From an uncultured Gammaproteobacteria bacterium (GTDB taxonomy: Bacteria; Patescibacteriota; Microgenomatia; Levybacterales; UBA12049): 53,790 nucleotides of DNA. A model generated the notes under the pieces. It did not search any database, had not been told where the DNA came from, and worked only from the letters and a program-made list of their open reading frames with translations. A program made the translations under genes and the position numbers. The DNA is taken from positions 1 through 53,790 of the forward strand of contig CAZILC010000009.1 of the NCBI GenBank assembly GCA_964540055.1, written 5' to 3'. This document shows, piece after piece, positions 29,533 through 38,391 of this stretch (its first letter is position 1; each line of letters begins with the position of its first letter).

Positions 29533-29886
29533 ATGAACAAGTTAACCAAGTTATCAGTAGGAATAATTGCATCAGCATCAATGGCTTTGGTATTCACGGG
29601 TATATCATTTGCCCAGTCATATAATCAGGGAATGGCAAGCTGGTGGCAAATGAATGTACCATCGGGAACGAAATGTTACAATGTGTATTATGGAGCAAAA
29701 TCTAACCCAAAACAATATGCTGTACGCTGTGTATCCAATAAAGTAACTTCTATTACTATTAAATACTTAAATCCCGGAGTGACTTATTATTATGAAGTCG
29801 TAGCACTTGGCTATAATGGAAAAGAATCAACCTTGCCTACAGTCAAACCTCTTTACACCACTCAAATGGAAAATAGTAAATGGTAA
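29533..29886 (+). CDS. Small secreted fibronectin type III-like protein
   Basis: Signal peptide ending SFA; YNVYYG, ITIKYLNPGVTYYYEVVAL. Confidence 0.7.
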   Translation: MNKLTKLSVGIIASASMALVFTGISFAQSYNQGMASWWQMNVPSGTKCYNVYYGAKSNPKQYAVRCVSNKVTSITIKYLNPGVTYYYEVVALGYNGKESTLPTVKPLYTTQMENSKW

Positions 29887-29942
29887 ACTATTTATCCAAC
29901 TCCTCACAAGTTTATTTATGTACTTTTTTTGCAACAAGCTAA

Positions 29943-30737
29943 CTACCTATTTGAGAGTCTTTCAAAGTCTTCATCGCTTAGTTGTATATGCATAGCTTGA
30001 CTATTCTCCCGCAAATGTGTTTCGGACAATGATCCGGGAATTGGGAGCATTACAGGTGATCTCTTAAGAAGCCACGCTAATGCAAGTTGTTCGGGAGTTG
30101 CGTTATATTTCTCTCGCATCTGTTGTAAAATCCTAAACTGGGATGCATCAAAATGTAATGGGAAAAAAGGAATAAAAACCATGTTCTCTTTTTCCGCATA
30201 CGCAATCACATCATCATACATTCTGGCAGATAAATTGTACTCGTTTTCTATTGCAACTATTTCAACATAGTTCCTTGCTTCTTCAATTTGCTCAATGGAT
30301 ACTTGAGAAAGTCCAATATGTTTTATTTTCCCTTCTTTTTGCATTTCTTTTAAGAACAGTAGTGATTCTTTTAACGGGACTTGTGGATCAACACGGTGGA
30401 GAAAATAAAGAGGAATAGTTTTCAGTTTCAGTTTTGTTAAACTTGCATCAAGTTGTCTTTCTAATGTTTTAGGACTTGCATCAATACGAAAATCAGGCGC
30501 AACCATTCCCCCTTTGGTCGCAATTAGTACCTTCCCATACGGCGCCAACATCTCTCCTATTACCTCTTCGCTCTGCCCACTTGAATATGCGGATGCGGTA
30601 TCGATAAAATCGATACCTAATGCTACAGCATGTCTAAGGGCTTCTTTTGATTGTTCAGTATCATGAATTCTATTAGTTCCCAAACCAATACGATGTACAC
30701 TACTATCTCGTCCAATGGAAATTGTATTTTTAAGCAT
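29943..30737 (-). CDS. Aldo/keto reductase
   Basis: IGLGT, FIDTASAY, ATKGG, LYFLHRVD, GKIKHIGLS, QLALAWLL, PIPG. Confidence 0.92.
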   Translation of the reverse strand: MLKNTISIGRDSSVHRIGLGTNRIHDTEQSKEALRHAVALGIDFIDTASAYSSGQSEEVIGEMLAPYGKVLIATKGGMVAPDFRIDASPKTLERQLDASLTKLKLKTIPLYFLHRVDPQVPLKESLLFLKEMQKEGKIKHIGLSQVSIEQIEEARNYVEIVAIENEYNLSARMYDDVIAYAEKENMVFIPFFPLHFDASQFRILQQMREKYNATPEQLALAWLLKRSPVMLPIPGSLSETHLRENSQAMHIQLSDEDFERLSNR

Positions 30738-30800
30738 AGTAAAAAGTATAGTGAAATAAGTACCTTTTTCTGTAAGAATCCAACTACATACAATTTGCTC

Positions 30801-33209
30801 TTACTTTTCTTTATTCTGAGCTAACGGTAAACTGAAAAAAAATGTGGAGCCTTTTCCCTTCTGACTAGAAACCCACATTTTTCCACTGTGCCTTTTTATT
30901 ATTTCATTGGAAATATAAAGTCCCATTCCAAGTCCTGGAAATGTTTTTACTTCAGGATCTGTTACCTGGTACAGTTTTTCAAAGATCTTTTGATGTTTGT
31001 CTTTAGGAATACCGATCCCAAAATCTTTAACTGAAACAACTGCTTCGTTTTTAATTTTTTTAGCAGTGATAATAATTTTATCTTTTTTAGGTGAATATTT
31101 AACCGCATTATTTAATAAATTTGTAATTACTTGATAGATTCGGAAACGATCGCCATATACTACTATCTTTTCATTTTGATTAAATAGTAGTTCATGTTTT
31201 CTCACTGCCGGCTGCATTCCATCAATAGTATCACGTAGTATTTCGTCCAAAAAGAAATTTTCATTATTAAAACGCATTTTTCCTGTCTCAATTCTTGAAA
31301 CATCAAGTAAATCATTTACTAAATCTCTAATTTTATTTGCCTGGTCTTTAATTCTGTTAACATATCCTAATGCCTCAAAATTTTCATCTTTAGATAAATA
31401 ATTATGTAATATATCAAGAAACATTTTCATACTTGTTATAGGAGTTTTTAATTCATGTGATGCCATTGAAATAAATTCATCTTTCAATTTCTCCTGTTCT
31501 TTTTGTTGAGAAATATTACGAACTATTGCTGAAACCCCAACCACCTGTCCTTGCGGATCTTTTAAAGGAGAAAGAGTCATCGAGACATCAATTTTTTTCT
31601 TTTCCTTTGTTATCCGTATTGATTCAATAGATTGAATTGATTCTCCTTTAACAACTCTTTTTGTAATTTTTTCAAGTTCTGCATATTTATCAAAAGGTAC
31701 CACAAGCGTATCAATTTTTTTTCCTAGTACTTCTTTAGCAGTATAGCCATACATCTTTTCAGCTCCTTTATTCCAACTGAGAACTCTATTATCAAGTGAT
31801 CTACTCCAAATCGCATCAGAACTGGACTCCACAAGAGATGCAAGATGCACAAGCTCATTCTCAATTTTCTTTTTTTCTGTAATATCTCGGGTGATATTTG
31901 AGGCTCCAATTACGTTTCTTTTATCTTTAATTGCAGAGATTGAAATTGAAACACTTATTCTTTCTCCATCTTTTCGTATTCGTGTCGTTTCATAATGCTC
32001 AATATGTAAACCTTTTTTTATTCTTTTAATAATTTCTTTTTCTTCCCCTCGTAATTCTTTTGGTATTGTTATGGTCATTGGTTTACCTATTGCTTCTTTA
32101 GCAGTGTATCCAAACATACGTTCAGCACCCTTATTCCAACTCGTAATAATGCCATTAATCGTTTTACTAATTATTGCATCATCTGAGAAAGAAACAATTG
32201 CAGATAACCGCTCTTCTGCTTCAAGAGATTTTTGAGAACCTAAAAATATTCGTGCATTCTCAATGGCACTTGCAACACGTCTTGCGACTTCTTCGGCAAA
32301 TACTAAATCATCTTTTGTATAGGTGCGATCCTGTCTTGTTGATGAAAAAGTAATTGCTCCGATTACTTTATTTTTAATTTTCAGCGGAACACCCATGTAG
32401 GATTTGAGATTTAGTTCATTAACGATATTTTGTACATTTTTATTGGTGCTAAATGATTTAAATGTCTGAGATGAAATCAAACTCATTATTTCAGACTTAC
32501 CTGTTTGTAAAATATGATCAACACCATAGGTAGATCCAGAATCATTTTTATACGCATTGTATAATTTCTCTACTTCTTTTAATTTCTTTGGATTTGCGTG
32601 ATGTGCATAGATTTCTGAGATATGTTTATTGTCATCAACCAAAATAATGCGTCCATAATCAGCAAGTGCGGGTACTATACTTCTACTAATGTTATCAAGA
32701 GTCGTTCGATAGTCTATGGACGTTCCAAGTAATTTGCTTAATGTATCGAGAAATTTTTGTCTCTCTTCTTTCTTTTTTTTATCGGTAATTTCATGAAGTA
32801 TTGCAAGTATGGCGGGTTTACCTTGATACATAAATGGTACGGCTTTTGTCTCAGCAATAATAATATCACCCCCAACGCCGATAAATTTTTCCTCAACAAA
32901 AGGAGCAACCTTTTGTTTACTCAGCATTGATGTAATCCGTTCTTTAATTAGAGACTGAGAATCCGGATGAATGAAATCCATTACCGATCTACCCAACAAT
33001 TCCTTTTCCGATTTAGCGCCAATCATTTTTACCGCTGTCGGATTTATATACACAATTTTTCCTCCACTATGAATGACAATTGCCTCAGGTGTTATTTCGA
33101 GTAAATGTTTATAAAATATGTTATTCTCCTGTAATACCTTTTTGGAAATGCTATGAGTACTAGCTTGTCGTGAATTGTTTTTCATTTCATTAACAACGGT
33201 ATCTATCAT
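30801..33209 (-). CDS. PAS-GAF-PAS-PAS sensor histidine kinase
   Basis: Three PAS repeats (SDDAII..SWNKGAE), GAF (SYMGVPL..AIENARI), SHELKTP, NAVKYS, DFGIGI, GLGMGL. Confidence 0.93.
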   Translation of the reverse strand: MIDTVVNEMKNNSRQASTHSISKKVLQENNIFYKHLLEITPEAIVIHSGGKIVYINPTAVKMIGAKSEKELLGRSVMDFIHPDSQSLIKERITSMLSKQKVAPFVEEKFIGVGGDIIIAETKAVPFMYQGKPAILAILHEITDKKKKEERQKFLDTLSKLLGTSIDYRTTLDNISRSIVPALADYGRIILVDDNKHISEIYAHHANPKKLKEVEKLYNAYKNDSGSTYGVDHILQTGKSEIMSLISSQTFKSFSTNKNVQNIVNELNLKSYMGVPLKIKNKVIGAITFSSTRQDRTYTKDDLVFAEEVARRVASAIENARIFLGSQKSLEAEERLSAIVSFSDDAIISKTINGIITSWNKGAERMFGYTAKEAIGKPMTITIPKELRGEEKEIIKRIKKGLHIEHYETTRIRKDGERISVSISISAIKDKRNVIGASNITRDITEKKKIENELVHLASLVESSSDAIWSRSLDNRVLSWNKGAEKMYGYTAKEVLGKKIDTLVVPFDKYAELEKITKRVVKGESIQSIESIRITKEKKKIDVSMTLSPLKDPQGQVVGVSAIVRNISQQKEQEKLKDEFISMASHELKTPITSMKMFLDILHNYLSKDENFEALGYVNRIKDQANKIRDLVNDLLDVSRIETGKMRFNNENFFLDEILRDTIDGMQPAVRKHELLFNQNEKIVVYGDRFRIYQVITNLLNNAVKYSPKKDKIIITAKKIKNEAVVSVKDFGIGIPKDKHQKIFEKLYQVTDPEVKTFPGLGMGLYISNEIIKRHSGKMWVSSQKGKGSTFFFSLPLAQNKEK

Positions 33210-33306
33210 ATACTATAAATTCCAATCTGAACAGATAAAAAGGTAAGAAAAGAGTAAGTAATTAGGAGGTTTTGATTACTTTATTTCCTCAACAACGTTT
33301 CCTATG

Positions 33307-34746
33307 TTATTCGAAGCTAATTTGTTGATGAGCTGAAGAATGATGTTCTTTTTTTTGGTTCGGATTTTTTTGCTTTATAACTACCAGAGAGAGAAGGAGT
33401 GCAAATAGCATAAAGAAAACTCCGACAAGAAACGCCTTATCATATCCGAATACCAGAGATCCAACTTTACCAAACTGAGATGCTGATGCTGTCGCTCCTG
33501 CTGCGACACCTGCTAATATTGCCAATCCTAAAGCACCTCCCATTTGCTGAGCAGTACTTATCAGACCTGATGCAAGACCGGATTGATCTCGTCTGACACC
33601 TGATGTTGCTGCTACTATTACGGGCATAAATGTCATGCCAATACCAAATGGCATAAGAATAATAGACGGGAGCACATTAATAAAATAATTACCATTCACC
33701 GGTAACCTACTCAACAACCAAATACTTATGGCAATAACAATGGGTCCTGCAATGAGAAATCGTTTAAATCCGTATTTTGAAACCCACCCTGACACTCTTG
33801 TCGAGGTATATCCCATGATAATAGGAAAGGGAAGAAAACTTAAACCGGTAATTACCGGTGAATAGTGCATGACGGTTTGGATATAGAGTGATAACAAAAA
33901 GAAGTTACCAAACATTGTTGCAGCAACAGGTGCCATAACAAGATTTGCTCCAACGACATTTCTATTTTTAAAAATAGAAAGTGGCATAAGTGGATGATTG
34001 CTTTTTGATTCGTTATAAATAAAGAAGGAGAGTAATACGACCGTTAGTATAAATAATCCGATTATTGGCAAACTGAATATCCCCCAAACCGGTGCCATAC
34101 TTATTAAAAACACCAGTACAATGAGACCTCCTGTAACCAGAACCGCCCCTGGTAAATCCAAATCATTATGCTCCGCTTCACTCTCATGGAGAGGTACAAT
34201 CTTAGTTATCAGATAAGAAATGATAATCCCAACCGGAACGTTAATAAAAAAGTTCCATCTCCACCCCAAATATTGTGTGAGAAATCCTCCTAATAATAAA
34301 CCCACAGCAGCACCCCCTGTTGCAACTGTCGACCAATAACCAAGCGCTTTATTCCGATCACTTCCCTCTTTAAAGGTTGTTAATACAATTGATAAAGCAG
34401 AAGGAGACATAAATGCTGCAGCAATGCCTTGTACTGCTCGAAGAATAATAAGCATCATTGCAGATTGTGAGATTCCAATAAGAAAAGAGACTAACGTAAA
34501 TCCGAGCATGCCAAATAGTAATGTTTTTCTACGACCAAATAAATCCGCGGCACGTCCTCCAAGGAGTAAAAAACCGCCAAAGGTCAGTGCATAGGCAGTA
34601 ATAACCCATTGCAAAGAATTTGCATCAAAATGCAACGTTTGTTTTATCGTCGGTAATGCTACATTGGTAATTGAGATATCCAAAACTACCATGAATTGCG
34701 CTACTGCTACTAATATAAAAATAAGCCAGGGAGATCGTTGTTTCAT
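33307..34746 (-). CDS. MFS DHA2 (EmrB/QacA-like) efflux transporter
   Basis: QFMVVLDISITNVALP, GGRAADLFGRR, WRWNFFINVP, QQMGGALG; start moved to ATG 34746. Confidence 0.92.
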   Translation of the reverse strand: MKQRSPWLIFILVAVAQFMVVLDISITNVALPTIKQTLHFDANSLQWVITAYALTFGGFLLLGGRAADLFGRRKTLLFGMLGFTLVSFLIGISQSAMMLIILRAVQGIAAAFMSPSALSIVLTTFKEGSDRNKALGYWSTVATGGAAVGLLLGGFLTQYLGWRWNFFINVPVGIIISYLITKIVPLHESEAEHNDLDLPGAVLVTGGLIVLVFLISMAPVWGIFSLPIIGLFILTVVLLSFFIYNESKSNHPLMPLSIFKNRNVVGANLVMAPVAATMFGNFFLLSLYIQTVMHYSPVITGLSFLPFPIIMGYTSTRVSGWVSKYGFKRFLIAGPIVIAISIWLLSRLPVNGNYFINVLPSIILMPFGIGMTFMPVIVAATSGVRRDQSGLASGLISTAQQMGGALGLAILAGVAAGATASASQFGKVGSLVFGYDKAFLVGVFFMLFALLLSLVVIKQKNPNQKKEHHSSAHQQISFE

Positions 34747-34771
34747 ATTTATTGTATTCAATCATTATAAA

Positions 34772-34802
34772 TGTAAATAGTTGATATTGTCAAGTATTTA
34801 CA
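34772..34802. promoter_or_regulatory. Probable MarR operator
   Basis: TGTAAATA-g-TTGA-tattg-TCAA-g-TATTTACA inverted repeat overlapping the MFS promoter (TTGACA, 18 nt, TATAAT). Confidence 0.65.
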
Positions 34803-34838
34803 ATGTAAGAATTTTAGTGTATTATACGAATATACAAT

Positions 34839-35270
34839 ATGTCCACTGTAACATTAAAAAATAATCTTTATTGGCAATTACTACGAGTTGCAATCAATGC
34901 AAAACATAATCTAATGAATATTGCAGAAAAACATAATTTAACTGTTATGCAGATGTACACACTTTGTCTTTTAGATGAAGATGCTGCAATACCAATGAAT
35001 TCATTAACTGCAATGCTGCATTGTGATGCTTCCAATGTTACAGGAATTGTGGATAGATTGTTTCAGCATAAATTTATTAAACGAGAAGAAAATCCCAGTG
35101 ACAGGCGGGCAAAATTAATAACATTGACCACGAAAGGCGCAAAACTTTGTGAAAAATTAACTGACGCACTAAATACTTTTCAACCGGCGACTTTTAAAGA
35201 ATTATCTGATGCAGAAAAGAAACAACTGTTTACGATTTTATCAAAAACTACCCTTCTTACTTCAAATTAG
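34839..35270 (+). CDS. MarR-family transcriptional regulator
   Basis: CDASNVTGIVDRL..REENPSDRRAKLITLT.KG; divergent from MFS. Confidence 0.92.
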   Translation: MSTVTLKNNLYWQLLRVAINAKHNLMNIAEKHNLTVMQMYTLCLLDEDAAIPMNSLTAMLHCDASNVTGIVDRLFQHKFIKREENPSDRRAKLITLTTKGAKLCEKLTDALNTFQPATFKELSDAEKKQLFTILSKTTLLTSN

Positions 35271-35290
35271 CCTCACAACGTACTCCTCCA

Positions 35291-36346
35291 TTATTGTAAG
35301 TAGTGATTAAAAAAAGCAACGGATGTATTCATTACAACAGTCGTGTCGGGGACCAAATTATGATTTGCTCCTGGATAGACATGATAATCAACAACTTTAC
35401 CTTTTTGTGTAAGTACATCAGTAAGTGTTGAGGAAAAATTTACGGGAACGTCTTCATCTGCCGCTCCAACTTGTATTTGAACGGGTGCAGTTATAAAGTC
35501 GACAAACTTGGTCGGATCAAGAGCATTCCAAAAGGTCGGATTTGCATCAGGTGCGCCATTATCCTGAATCATTTTTTCAAATACATAATACGTATCTAGA
35601 TCATTGCCTACAATACTATGATCTGCATATCGATGACTCCACCAATTCGCCAAATCCGATTCAGTACCAACAACGCCTGCCAAAAATTCCGCGGCTTTAA
35701 TATCATGCGTTAAAACAATTTCATGAAGCGTGATATTACCACCCATGGAATGTCCAATAACCCCTATTTTTTCAGGATTTGCATCGTTATATTCTTTAAT
35801 CGAAGAAAGCGCATTCATACTATCGGTGACATAATCTGGAGTAATGTAAGGCTGTGTGGGAGTTCCCTTCGAATTCCCATTACCGCGATAATCCGGTTTA
35901 AATACAATATAACCGGCTCTTGCCAGAGGAGCAACCATACTTTGATAGCTCGAAAGCGTCGAATATGATGCGGGTGGGATATAACCATGATTAAATAAAA
36001 TCACAGGCCATCCACCTTTTGGTTTTTTGCCAGTTGGTACCGTTAATAGTCCGTATATTTTTAATCCGTCAGACTTATACGATACTAGATATTGCTTATA
36101 ATTTACGCCTGGAGTTAGTGTTTGGTCAATGGTAATAGCACTTCCGGGATATGTTTTTTCACGCATGGATGCAATGGCAAGAGGTGATGAGATTGTGTTT
36201 GTAGGTGTAGTTGTAACGGGTTTTTTGTGTGTTAATGAAATTGTTTTTTTAGCGAGTGAGACTGAAGTTGGATACTGTAATAATTTGTAACATACTCCCC
36301 CAAATACTATGACCAAGAATAAAAAAGCCACGATGGTTTTTATCAT
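35291..36346 (-). CDS. Membrane-anchored alpha/beta hydrolase (S9-like)
   Basis: N-terminal TM, NHGY, PDYRG, GHSMGG, DEDVP, NHN. Confidence 0.85.
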   Translation of the reverse strand: MIKTIVAFLFLVIVFGGVCYKLLQYPTSVSLAKKTISLTHKKPVTTTPTNTISSPLAIASMREKTYPGSAITIDQTLTPGVNYKQYLVSYKSDGLKIYGLLTVPTGKKPKGGWPVILFNHGYIPPASYSTLSSYQSMVAPLARAGYIVFKPDYRGNGNSKGTPTQPYITPDYVTDSMNALSSIKEYNDANPEKIGVIGHSMGGNITLHEIVLTHDIKAAEFLAGVVGTESDLANWWSHRYADHSIVGNDLDTYYVFEKMIQDNGAPDANPTFWNALDPTKFVDFITAPVQIQVGAADEDVPVNFSSTLTDVLTQKGKVVDYHVYPGANHNLVPDTTVVMNTSVAFFNHYLQ

Positions 36347-36393
36347 TGCCCCATTATAAGATATGAGAAAACAAATGTAAAAGAGTAGTGAGG

Positions 36394-36789
36394 CTAGGCT
36401 GGCATGTTGAGGACTTCTTTGATCTTGGTGACAATTGCTTCAAGCGTCACATTGGATTTAATCAGATAAAATGCAGGTTTGTGTTCAAGAATTGATTTAA
36501 TTGTTTGATCAGCGTCGGGATTGAGATTTGTGAGTATAATTACCGGTACATTATGTCCCCATGGATCACTTCTGAGGGTTTCAAGCATTGTTAACCCGTC
36601 CATTTTGGGCATAAAAATATCAAGAAGAAGCAAATCTGGATGTTCTTTTAAAGCAAGCGCCAATCCGTCTTGACCATTATCTGCAGTAATTACTGAAAAC
36701 GCATTTTGCTTAAGCGTATCTGCAACTGCATCAAGCATTGGCTTTTCATCTTCAACGAGTAATATTTTTTTACTTTTGCTTTCTTCCAT
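36394..36789 (-). CDS. Single-domain response regulator
   Basis: LLVEDE, LLLDIFMPKMDG, ILTN, LIK. Confidence 0.9.
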   Translation of the reverse strand: MEESKSKKILLVEDEKPMLDAVADTLKQNAFSVITADNGQDGLALALKEHPDLLLLDIFMPKMDGLTMLETLRSDPWGHNVPVIILTNLNPDADQTIKSILEHKPAFYLIKSNVTLEAIVTKIKEVLNMPA

Positions 36790-36830
36790 ACCCTGAGTAT
36801 AATTGACTACCTCATCAAATTCAAGTGTTA

Positions 36831-38324
36831 CTATGGCAGTTTAATTGCTGATGATAAATTTGTTGGAACAAAGGGAAGTTCTATGGTGAATGTTGAACCT
36901 TTATTCTCTTCTGATGAAAACCTGATTTCACCTCCATTTAATTTGACTATTAGTTTGACAATATACAAACCAAGCCCTGTACCTCCCATAACATTTGCCT
37001 TGGCATTTGTCGCACGGAACATCTTGGAGAATACTTTCTCCTGTTCATTTTTGGGTATCCCGTATCCTGTATCACTGATACTTATTAAAAACATATTTTT
37101 CTTCGTCTGATCAATACTCACTCCTATGGAAATGGTTCCTTGAGCTGGAGTATAGTTAACCGCGTTTGCGATAAGTTGTTGAAATATCGTTTTAAGAAGA
37201 AACAAATCGGTTTGTATATCTGGCAATTTTTCAGCATAGGTTTCTTTAAGAGTAATTTTTTTGTCGGTAATGGTATGTTGAAAGTCTTCAAGTACTCGTT
37301 TGATTATCTTTTCAAGTGACAAGGTTTCAGGTTTGAATGGCATTCTACTTAACTCAAGTTCAGAAACGGTAAGAAGATCATTCGTTAATTGAACAATACG
37401 CTTTGAAGCATTATATAATTCTTGAATATACTTGCGCTGTGAGTCAGTCAAACCCTGAGCTTGTTGTTGCAGTAACATTTCTGCATTCCAATTGATTGTC
37501 GTAAGCGGTCCTCGCATCTGATGTGAAGCCATTGAGAGAAACTGGGTTTTAACCTGATCAATTTCTTTATCATGCGTAATATCATGGACAGTACCAACCA
37601 TTCGTAATGGCTTATGGTCCAGATCAAAAAAGGTTTTAGTTCGTGAATGAAACCATTGCGTTTTTTCATTCTCAGGAAGCATGACACGAAAATCAATAGA
37701 ACTTTTCCCCTCTTTAAGTGACTGCTCTATAAAACTTTTAACTTTATCCCTGTCTTCTTCAACAATATACGCCATAAGGGTATCGTTATTAACTTCTGAC
37801 AGCGTAGTTACTCCAAATAGTCTAAACATCTCTTCAGTCCAATGAAATTTATTCGTTTGAATATCCCACACCCAACTGCCAAAATGAGCTATTTGCTGCG
37901 CCTCTGAAAGCTGACGTTGCGCCTCTCGTACTTGTTCAAGCTCTGAAAGATGCGGTGTTATATCATGAAGTACACAGATAATTTCCTGCGGATTTCCTTG
38001 ATTATCCTTGAATACTGAACCTGAAAAAGACACACGAAGCATTGATCCATCTTTTTTTAGCGCCAAATATTGCACATTTGAAACAGATCCATCTGTTACC
38101 ATTCGTGCAATTGCTGTCTGAATTGTCGATTTATCCTCTTCTGAGGAAAATTCTGCAAAATTTCTATTGATAAGCTCCTGTTCAGTCTCCCATCCGAAAA
38201 TATTGAGAACTTGTTTATTCACTCTCGTAATAATTCCTTTAAGATCAAGAATAATAATTGCCTCAGGAAATAATACTACTCTCTTTTGAAAACTTGGCGT
38301 ATTGCCTTGGGGTATATCGCTCAT
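36831..38324 (-). CDS. PAS-PAS sensor histidine kinase
   Basis: ASHQMRGPLT, ANAVNYT, DTGYGI, FSKMFRA, GTGLGL; start moved to ATG 38324. Confidence 0.9.
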   Translation of the reverse strand: MSDIPQGNTPSFQKRVVLFPEAIIILDLKGIITRVNKQVLNIFGWETEQELINRNFAEFSSEEDKSTIQTAIARMVTDGSVSNVQYLALKKDGSMLRVSFSGSVFKDNQGNPQEIICVLHDITPHLSELEQVREAQRQLSEAQQIAHFGSWVWDIQTNKFHWTEEMFRLFGVTTLSEVNNDTLMAYIVEEDRDKVKSFIEQSLKEGKSSIDFRVMLPENEKTQWFHSRTKTFFDLDHKPLRMVGTVHDITHDKEIDQVKTQFLSMASHQMRGPLTTINWNAEMLLQQQAQGLTDSQRKYIQELYNASKRIVQLTNDLLTVSELELSRMPFKPETLSLEKIIKRVLEDFQHTITDKKITLKETYAEKLPDIQTDLFLLKTIFQQLIANAVNYTPAQGTISIGVSIDQTKKNMFLISISDTGYGIPKNEQEKVFSKMFRATNAKANVMGGTGLGLYIVKLIVKLNGGEIRFSSEENKGSTFTIELPFVPTNLSSAIKLP

Positions 38325-38391
38325 ATTTGCCAGCACTATCAAGCATATTACAATTTGCAAGTTGATTCAAGAGGAGTTTTAAGACTTAAAA

